A stretch of 64,000 nucleotides of DNA, from assembly GCF_009914755.1 (NCBI RefSeq), contig NC_060925.1. One strand, 5' to 3'. A program made the position numbers and the translations under genes. This stretch comes from the human T2T-CHM13v2.0 reference genome, Homo sapiens. This document shows positions 54,565 to 64,000 of the stretch, piece after piece. The stretch's first letter is position 1. Every line of letters begins with the position of its first letter. Below the pieces are notes generated by a model. That model saw only the letters and a list, made by a program, of their open reading frames with translations, was not told the DNA's origin and searched no databases.

Positions 54565-54932
54565 TGATATGCTTTGGCTTTGTGTCCCCACCCAAATTTC
54601 ATGTCGAGTTGTAATCCCCACATGTCAGGGGAAGGACCTGGTGGGAGGTGATTGGATCATGGGGGTGGATTTCCGCCATTTTGTTCTTGTGCAAGTGAGT
54701 GAGTTCTCATGAGATCTGATGGTTTAAAAGTGTGGCACGTCCCACCTCACTCACTCGCACTCCTGCTTTGTGGTAGTAAGACATGCTTGCTGCCCCTTCT
54801 CCTCTTGCCATGATTGTAAGTCTCCTGAAGCCTCCCCAGTCATGTGGAACTGGAGTCAATTAAACTTCTTTTCTTTATAAATTACCCACTCTCAGGTAGC
54901 TCTTTATAGCAGTGTGAGAACGGACTAATACA
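54565..54932 (+). mobile_element. THE1D/MSTA-type MaLR solo LTR
   Basis: 'tgatatgctttggctttgtgtccccacccaaat' ... 'gcagtgtgagaacggactaataca'. Confidence 0.88.
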
Positions 54933-57900
54933 AAACCTAAAGAAAAATGGTCGTCTAACAGAGCTAAGCAGAGAACTCTGTCCATACCACTACAGAATAT
55001 CCGTTTTCCCAGATGCCCCAGCAAGTGAATTTACAGAGCAAATGGCTGATGTAGGCTTCCTGCAAGGTATCCTGCAAGGCTGCTGGCCTGGAGAGGTAGA
55101 GAACTAAGGAGAGAAGCCCTGCTGCATCTTGTGCTGTTTGCTGGTCTGGGTCTGAGGATGAGGGGAATAGGGGAGCAATAAAGAGACAGTTGCCTTAGGA
55201 ACAGGCCCACTATAGAGAACAAAAGAGGATCACAGAAGAATATTCTAAAGGTAAACTTCATCTCCTTCCCCTTTCCCCAGTCTTGACACACATCTCCTAT
55301 AAGCCTCTTTGAATTCTGGTGGGGCATGAACTTTTGAGTTCAGGCTGTGGCTGACTTCTAGGAATATAAACATATTGTGTTTCCCCTGGGAATGAAGCTA
55401 ATACTGCAACTCCATTGTAATTTATTAATCACAATTATTTCAAGATGAAAATGAAAGCTCACTATTTGGCTGCACACACATGTTACACATAAAAGACTTC
55501 AAAATATCAGAAGAACAATTTCCTGTGGGGGAAACAGAGCATGGAGACTCCGGCCTCAGTTAGGAAGAAGCTGGGCCACAGGGCCCTACTACAACAACCA
55601 GGCTGGGGCCCCATTTATACCTTCGGGATTTTTGTTATTCCAATGGCCAAACCTCTGTCTTGTGTTGCCTAAGCTGCCTGTGTGGCTCGTTTAACACAAT
55701 GAAATACATCTGCAGTAGTGGAGAAGGTGTCCGTGAGCACCTTTATCACAGTCATTGGCAACATCCATCAGGAAAGACTTTACTTTCTGCAAAAGGACTC
55801 TAGTGCTGCCCAGAGACAGCCCCTGGCTCCCTGTCCTCCAGGATGCTGTAATGTAGGTCTGTAGAAGTGAACATGCTGATCACCCACTGAAAAGAAGAAT
55901 TAAACATCCCAGTGAAAATCAAAATGAACACTGAAATGTTTATATGTTTGTTTAGGCGGCAAAAATAAGTTTGGTTTCAAGTTTGGCAGGGAAAAGAATG
56001 AACATGGAATTCATCCATGCACACATTTACTCTGTATCAAATGTCTGTGGCACATGTGCTCAGTGCCAGCTCTTAGGTGGGACCTGGATGGAGAAACAAA
56101 GATGTTTTCCCTGTGGAGTCAAATGGAGAAGAAATTCTGAGAATTCCCTTCATGGACTGCATGCACTAAAGGGCAGTAAGGACTGCCCATTGAATTAATG
56201 AGGGCCATATTTGTGGAGAAGGTTGGATTTCAGGAATGATTTTTAAGCTAGGTAGAGAAAGAAGAGATGGGAAGAGAGGAGGAAGAGGTAAAGAAGTTTG
56301 TAGACTTTCTCCTGGGGTTGCTCCTGCCACAGTGTGACTTTACTAAAGTTTATTTGATGCTCTCTCTATATCACTCTAAAAGCACAGAGAAGAAGCTTCC
56401 CAGGGACTAGGGAAAGCAATAGTGTGTGGAGTGCCCTGCCTTCAGGGGGAAAGAAAGATCTGTAACAGTGTAATCCTGAATTCCTCTTTGCATCCATATT
56501 CAGGGATGCAAAGAGACCTGGGAAATTAGGAAGTTTCCCCCAGAAGGAGGAGCTGGATCACAATTACACCTCTCTGGGTCCCGAGAGGGAATTGAGGCCT
56601 TGCAGAGAGTTTTCAAGGTGCAGAATAAAGCCCACTCCTCTGTGGCACCATCAGCAGGACATGCCAAGTAAAAATCATCAAGAATGGCAAGCACTCTGCT
56701 GGGTATGCCCTTCTCCTATGCTGGCTCTCTCCTTCCGACATATCAGTGATGTTTATTAAGAGATGACAAGTCTATCAGGCTTCATGAGCAGTGTTTCACA
56801 AGGAGGAGATCTTCCTGTACACCCAGGGAGTGTCATCAATCTTGCGCCTGCTCTAAGCTCAGAGCAGCTGAGAGTGAACAAGGACCCTTCTCGCCCTGCC
56901 CCCCTTTCTAACCATCTCTCACTCTCCTCTCCAGTGCTTTGTAGCACAGCAGGAGATGGCAAAGGAAAAGATACTATTTGCATAAAGCATTTCTGGTAAG
57001 GATATGGAAACAGAAGAGTAGAAACAAAAGAAAACAAACCCAAAACAGGGCCCTTTTCTCCAATGTCAGTGGCTTTAGGAAATTCATTACATAGTAGGAG
57101 CTGGGATGGGTAGAGCTGAGACTGTAGAAAGGACTGCCAGGCGTACAGCTAACATCGTTCATGTTACAACATTTATGATATACAAATGGTATGTGAGTTT
57201 CATATTATATATGTAAATATTATACCCATCTCCTTGACAATCAGTTGTCCCTCTTTTTAAATATCAAATTTGAATAGTCCATTAAGTGCGAATAGGCACT
57301 GCGTTGTTTTTCCTATGTATATGTCTTTTTTTTTTCTTTCTGGAAAGAAACTTTATGTTGTAAGTATCAGCATCTAATGTGCAAGAAAAAAGACCCCATT
57401 GCTCTGTGTAGGAAGCAAAATTGATACTAGTAACTAGCAATTGCAAATAGACCTCATTGAATATATGTCTTTTGAATATTATATATGTCACTATATTTGT
57501 AAGTCAAATGTGCTGCACGTTTATTTTTCATTAGAAGGCCCCTAATCTGGGCCACACAGCTCCTAGTCCTGAAAGACACTCTGTCAAATGGGATAATAAT
57601 ATCATTTTTAAATTTCATGAAACTTATTGAGGCTTACAAATCATTTTTTGGCACTGGTTCAATATTTAAACATTTCAATCTAACACATCATAAGGTTGTT
57701 TTTTATTTTGGGATGAGAGAGAGGAAATTATTTTTCTGTATCATGAATGCTTCCAAACATTTTTTTGAATCTTGTTCTTCACTATAATACATGCTTTCCA
57801 AGGATTTTGACACTGGGCTTTGTTCAGAGAAACGAGGAAGGTCATGAAAAATGGCTCTTTTATCCTTTGCGCAGCATCTCTATGACTATAGCAGAATCAG

Positions 57901-58169
57901 ATAGGAATGAAAGATTGGGTTGGTTTAATTCACATTGGAAAGTCTGTGTAAGACTTAGATGCTTGTAAAGTGCTTTTCAATACATAGATTCTGTGATTCG
58001 TTTCAATGAGCTATAGAAATCCAGAAATATTGTTTTTAGGATTATAAGAAGTCAAAACTAAACAGATGCATAAGCGAGCCTAGCTGGGGCCTGCCTTGGC
58101 ACTGCAGACAAGGTTCCCTAAGATGTTCCATGTCACAACCAGAGTTGTGGTATTGTCTGCATACATAAA

Positions 58170-58174
<5 letters not shown>

Positions 58175-58201
<27 letters not shown>

Positions 58202-58202
58202 T
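58175..58202. repeat. (GT)14 microsatellite
   Basis: Directly visible. Confidence 0.95.
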
Positions 58203-58619
58203 TGCGGAAGGGATTGTGACCATGGGTCAGATCATAAAATCAGTAATGCGATGCCAGCCAACATCAGTGACTTCTGGTGGTGAGATTAGCTCTGCTCTAG
58301 ATATCTAAAGTGAATCTTGTTACAGTTAAATGTAAAATTGTGTTATTTTCCCATTTTGATGAGCACCACTGAAGCCAGAAGAGAATACTCTTTTATGGTA
58401 AAATAAAATCAGGAAAAAAAAATGTTTCCAAAGCTCCAAATTAGTTTATGTAAAATATTTTAGCTTCTATAGAAATATTTTAACTTCTATAAAAGACTAG
58501 CCTCCAATGTTAGATTGAAATTTTTAGTTCTGAAAAGAACATGAAGAAACTTTTGTGTGCATAGGGGAGAAATGATGAACCTCTTCTCCATCACCATTTC
58601 GGACATGCTTTGTTTTTTA

Positions 58620-59692
58620 CTTTTTAACAACTTTTTGAGATATAGTTAAAATATCATGCAATTCACCCATTTAATATGTCATACAGTTCACCTATAAATA
58701 TATAAAGGCTTTTTATATATTCACAGAGTTGTGCAACCATCACCACAATCAATTTTAGAATGTGTTCATTGCCCCAGAAAGAAACCCCATTTCCCTTAAC
58801 CATTACTTCCCAGCTTCAGCATACCCCTCCAGCCCCAGGCAAATGCAATTTACATTCTGTTTCTATGGACTTTCCTGTTCTGAGTATTTCATATAAATAA
58901 AATTACATAATATGTGGTTCTGTGACTGGCTTCTTTCACTTTGCATAGTATTTTCAAGGTTCAGCCATGATGTTGCATGTATTGGTACTTTATTCTTTTT
59001 ATTGATGAGTAATATTCCACCTTAAGTATTAATTGAGGGACATTTGAGGTTGTTTTCACTTTTTGGCATGAAAAGAGCCAAATAATGCTCTTATGAAGAT
59101 TCATGTACGAGTTTTTGTGTGGGTTTATGTTTTCACTTCTCTTAGATTATACCTAGGAGTAGCATTGATGGGTCATATGATAACCTCGGGTTAATCCTTT
59201 GACAAACTGCCAGACTGTTTTCCAAAGTAGCTGCACCATTTTACATTTCTCTCAATAGTGTATAAGGGTGCTAATTTCTCCAAATCTTTGCCAACATTTG
59301 TTGTTCACTGTCTTTTTTTATTATAGCCATCCTAGTGTGTGTGCAATGGTATCTCATTATGATTTTAGTTTGCATTTCTGTGATGGCTAATGCTGAACAC
59401 TTTGTATGTGTTTTTTGGCTTTGTGAATATATTCTTTAGAGAAATATCTATTTAGATCTCTTGACCATTTTTATTGGGTGATTGGTCTTTTTATTGAGTT
59501 GTAGGAGTCTTTTATATATTCTAGATACAAGTCCCTTGTCAGATATATGATTTGCAAAAATGCTCTCTCATTCTGTGGATTGTCTTTTCTCTTTCTTGAT
59601 AATATCCTTTGGAACATAAGGGTTTTTAATTTTGATGATGTCCAATGTATTTATTGTTTCTCTTTTTTGTGTATGCTTTTGATGTCATGATC
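58620..59692 (-). mobile_element. L1MB-like 3' fragment
   Basis: 'tcacagagttgtgcaaccatcaccacaatcaattttagaa', followed by antisense ORF2 C-terminus. Confidence 0.8.
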
Positions 59693-60005
59693 TGCTTTAT
59701 TTTTACGTAACTCTTCAGAGCAATGCCTAAGCTTTTGAATTCAGGCTGCAACAGGGGTATTGAGGGATATAGAAGGAGAATGGTATTAAGCTGATGGCAT
59801 TAAAGATAGACATCAGTAAATTTTGAAAATCCAGATTACTGCTTCAGGTATCTTCATAACATACCAAAGTGTCACCACATATTGGTTATAGGAAAATGTG
59901 TTGTACAAACAGTTGTTGTCTAAACTTTTCCCATATGTGTAATATGTAAGACTCTAAGGAATGTTTAGGATTTCATTATATATAGTTGTCACCCAAAAAT
60001 ATACA

Positions 60006-61160
60006 AGATTGCTTTGGGCTATTTGCGGTCTTTTGTGGTTCCATATACATTTTAGAATTTTTTATATTTTTGTGAAGAATGTCATTTGTATTTTGATAGA
60101 TATTGCATTAGATCTGTAGATTCCTTTGGGCAGTACAATGATTTTAACAATATTAATTCTTTCAAACTCATAAACATGGGATGTCCTTCCATTGTTTTGT
60201 GTCCTCTTCAATTTCTTTCATCAGAATTTTATATTTTTTTTTATAGGGATCTTTCACCTCCTTGGTTAATTTATTTTTAGAAATTTTATTATTTTTGTGG
60301 CTATTATAAATGGGATTGCTTTCTTGATTTTTGTAGAATATTTTGAGCGATGAATATACATAATGAAATAATAAAAATTTCTTCCAGCTAGTTAATTATT
60401 GGTATATAGAAATGGTATGGTTTTTTTTTTTTTTGCATGTTGATTTTGTATCCTGCAACTTTACTAAATTTGTTTCTCAATTCTAAGAGTTTTTTGATGG
60501 AGTCTAGTTTTTCTCTATGTAAGATCATGTCATCTTGCAAGCAGGGAAAATTTGCTAAAGCAATCCTGAGTGAAAAGAATAACATTGTAGGCATCACACT
60601 ACCTGACCTCAAAATATATTATAAAGCTATAATAACCAAAACAGCATGGTACTGACATGAAAATAGACACATAGACCAATGGAACAGAAAGAGAACCCAG
60701 AAATAAATCCACATACTTACAGACACCTGATTTTCAACAAAGATGCCAAGAACATACATTGAGGAAAGGACATTCTCTTTAATGAATAATGCCGGAAAAA
60801 CCAAAATATTCATATGCAGAGGAATGAAACTAGGCCTCTATCACCACATCCAAAAGTCAATTCAAAATGGATTAAAGACCTAAATCTCAAACTATGAAAA
60901 TACTAGAAGAAAACTTAGGAGAAATGCTTCAGGACATCAGTCTAGGCAGATATTTTTATGGAGAAGACCTTAAAAAAGACAATAAAAAGGACAACAAAAG
61001 CCAAAATAGACAAATGAGATTATATCAAATTAAAAAACTTTGGCATAGCAAAGGAAACATTGACAGGGTAAAGGACAACCTGCAGAATGGGAGAAAATAT
61101 TTGCAAATTATTTATCCAACAAGGGAACAATACTCAGAATATTCAAACAACTCAACAGCC

Positions 61161-61198
<38 letters not shown>

Positions 61199-62179
61199 GC
61201 AATTCAAAATGGGCAAATGATATGAATAGACATTTCTCAAAAGAAGGCATACAAATGTTCAAGAAGTATATGGAAAAAATGCTGAACATCACTAATCATC
61301 AGGGAAATGCAAATCAAAACCAAAATGAGATACCATCTCATCCCAGCTGGAATGGCTATTATCAAAAGGACAAAAATAACAAAGCTGGCAAGGATGTGGA
61401 GGAGAAAACGAAACTACTATACACTGTTTGTGGAAATGTAAATTAGTATAGCCATTATGGAAAACAGTATGGAGGCTCCTCAAAAAGTAAAACAAACTAC
61501 CATGTGATCCAACAACCCCATTACTGGGCATAGATCCAAAGTAAAGAAAATCAGTGTGTCAAAGACATAGATGCACTCCCATGTTTACTGAAACACTATT
61601 CATAATAGCCAAGACATGGGATCAACCTTAGTGTCCATCAACAGATGAATGGATAAAGAAAACATGGTATAAATACACAATGGAATACTATTCAGCTATA
61701 AAAAGAATGAAATCCTCTCATTTATAGCAACATGGATGAGTCTAGAGAATATTGTGTTGAGTGAAGTAAGGCAGGTACAGAAAGGTAAGTGCCATGTATT
61801 CTTACTCATATGTGGAAGCTAAGTAAGACCTCATAGAAGTAAAGAGCAGAATAATGATATCTAGAGTCTGGGAAGGGTGAAAAGAAGAGGGGATAGGGAA
61901 AGGTGTTGGTTAAGGAACACATATTATACTCAGATACGAGAAATAAGTTCTAGTGTTCTATAGCACTGAAGGATGACTATAGTTAATAATTATTTATTCT
62001 ATATTTTTACATAACTAGAAGAGAGGATTTTGAACGTTCCCAACACAAAGAAATGATAAATATTTGAGGCGATAAATATGCTAATTACCCTAATTTGATT
62101 ATTATGCATTGTATACAGGTATCAAAATATCACACTTTACTCTGTAAATATGTATGAGTATGTCATTTTTAAATTTAAA
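60006..62179 (+). mobile_element. L1MA-type element with 5' inversion (60006-~60554 antisense; ~60554-62179 sense)
   Basis: Strand switch at 'gggaaaatttg|ctaaagcaatcc'; near-TSD AAAA(A/T)TATACA at 59995-60005 and 62180-62190. Confidence 0.85.
61162..61196. repeat. (AC)17 microsatellite within L1
   Basis: Directly visible. Confidence 0.95.
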
Positions 62180-62185
62180 AAAATT

Positions 62186-62216
62186 ATACAGTATGCTGCC
62201 ACCAGGTGGTGATAGC
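62186..62216 (+). promoter_or_regulatory. Candidate CTCF site
   Basis: TACAGT-ATGCTG-CCACCAGGTGGTGATA: close match to CTCF core CCASYAGRKGGCR plus an upstream TGCAGT-like module. Confidence 0.45.
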
Positions 62217-62394
62217 GGCAGCCTTTAATGGACAGTCTCATTGAACTGCTAGAAACATAGTTAAGACCTAGAGTTTCTGTCTAGCACATTACATTTATAA
62301 GAATAACTTTTTAAGATTTTGTTTTAAAACATAAGCTTTCTAGTGAAATCAAATGCTGGATGTTAAGAACATGCACTTAATAAGAAGATGAAGA

Positions 62395-62570
62395 GAGGAG
62401 TGAATATTTACTGAGCACTTACTATATGATTTTATATACATTATTTTATTTAACCTTCATGAAACTCTATCAATATACCTTAATGTCCTCAGTTTAAAGA
62501 CCCTAACTTCTTTGTCCAGGGTTACATAGCAATGATATACCAGAGTTCAAACTGCCTGTATGTAAAGCCT
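62395..62570 (-). mobile_element. MIR fragment
   Basis: 'atatttactgagcacttactat', 'tttaaccttcatgaaactctat', 'ttgtccagggttacatagc'. Confidence 0.55.
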
Positions 62571-63116
62571 GTATGGCTGTTACTATGCCTATATTTTGTG
62601 ACTTTCTATCAATAAATAAAGCATGAATTCAGATTTAGTTAATATTTATGCATCTACTGTACCAAGTACTATGCTAAGTAATTATCACAAATGTGAGTAC
62701 AATTTGGACTTCTTTCTATTAACCCTAATCGGTGTCTAACATTGTTTAATATAAAGTTGATCTTCCCTTAACTTGATAAGGCTTCTCTTTCTCTCAACCA
62801 TGTTCTCCATCTGTCTCTCTGTCTCTCTCTTTCTTCTCCCTACCTCCTTAAAACTGAAACCTCCATAAGCTGCTACATGGTTTGGGGGTTTCAGTGGAAG
62901 ACTTATTGTCAAGAATTCCTGCAGAAATAAGTCTACAGCTTTCTGGTTTGCAGATTTTCCTGTGTCAGTCTCAGAAACAATATTTCTTGACTTAGGGTAA
63001 TAGACACTAATTGGGTGGCAGCCTTGCCCATACAGATCCCCTGAACTTCCTGTGGGACGGAAATTCTGTCTGCTTATTCTCCATTATATTGTTAGCTCTT
63101 CAAAATGCTTCTGATG

Positions 63117-63238
63117 GGCCAGGCACAGTGGCTCACGCCTGTAATCCCAGCACTTTGGGAGGCCAAGGCAGGTGGATCACCTGAGGTCAGGAGTTAGAGA
63201 CCAGTCTGAAAAACATGGTGAAACCCTGTCTCTAAAAA
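63117..63238 (+). mobile_element. Alu left arm only (AluS-like)
   Basis: 'ggccaggcacagtggctcacgcctgtaatcccagcactttgggagg...gaaaccctgtctctaaaaa' then unique sequence. Confidence 0.9.
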
Positions 63239-63616
63239 GGTATTTTTTAACTGGCTTTGATATACATCTGTCCTCTACTCTTACCCCTGCCCCGCAAAAT
63301 TAGCTATAGCTATTGATCCAGAAGCTTTTAAATCCGAAGCCAGGCCAATCAGATCTTCTCTACTTCAAATCTGAAACTTTGATAGAAATTATAAGGATGA
63401 GAAGCATGGTTGCTCTGACAGTGGCTCCCTGTAGAGCTGGGGTCCTAACTCTTCTGGCCTACTCTAGTTGCTAGTGCTCCTGGGCCTTTTCATCTCTTCC
63501 TTTAGTTTTGAACTGCGTTAGTATTCTGACAATGTGGTTTCTCTTTCACTTAACCTTCATGGGGTTAATTTACCAATACATTTAAGCTGTCAGATGTAGT
63601 GGACAACTCACTCCAT

Positions 63617-63790
63617 TCCCTCCCACCCTCCCTCCCTCCCTCCGTCCCTCCCTTCCTCCCTTCCTTCCTTCCTTCCTTCCTTCCTTCCTTCCTTCCTTCC
63701 TTCCCCTTCTTCTCCATCTCCCCCTTCTCCTTCTCCATTTCCTCCTCCTCCTTCTCCATCTGCTCCTCTCATCCATCCCTCTCTCATCCT
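63617..63790. repeat. Polypyrimidine (CCCT)n/(CCTT)n/(CTC)n tract
   Basis: Directly visible. Confidence 0.95.
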
Positions 63791-64000
63791 TGTCCTATTC
63801 TTTAGCCTCCTTTGCTCCTAGTGCATTGAGAACAATATATCTCTTGCTTATATTCTGCCTGAATCCATACAGTAGCTCAGGGCTTCTTTATGTCCTAACA
63901 TAAAATTCTCCAAGGTTCTTCGTGTTTCCCCTTCATGTTAAGTTTTACTTTCTTTCAAAGAAGAAGAGTATGTTCTGCCTGCTGATATGTATCTTCAGAG

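Noticed and set aside
58208-58235. TGACC-ATG-GGTCA as an estrogen response element
   Set aside because: Half-sites are everted, not GGTCAnnnTGACC; one short motif is not enough evidence.
63565-63805. Glu/Lys/Arg- or Pro/Ser-rich ORFs
   Set aside because: Translations of a simple repeat.

Overview
Primate genomic DNA, hominoid judging by an SVA element alongside MER11, THE1, L1PA and Alu. It is AT-rich and repeat-dense, and looks intergenic or deep-intronic. I found no supportable host protein-coding exon: the long ORFs come from retroelements (L1 ORF2 remnants, THE1 internal region, antisense SVA VNTR). Main contents: two 3'-truncated 5S rRNA pseudogenes; a two-LTR THE1 with a nested MER11 solo LTR; an SVA_A-type element with a shortened SINE-R; a full-length old L1MA with five nested insertions; further L1s (two with 5' inversions); about ten Alus; MaLR/ERVL LTRs; L2, MIR and CR1 fossils; microsatellites. 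I see no new gene system. The most unusual signals are scars of insertion and repair. One L1PA 5' junction holds a 36-40 bp fold-back copy of its own target flank around a 21-nt inverted L1 piece, joined through TGCAG microhomologies. Another L1 carries a double templated inverted insertion, and there are several tailless TPRT-like products. Repeat-free, motif-rich islands (~5.5-6.2 kb, ~37.9-38.8 kb) and a CTCF-like site suggest a cis-regulatory landscape. Subfamily names come from recalled consensus sequences and need RepeatMasker/Dfam confirmation; boundaries without TSDs are approximate.
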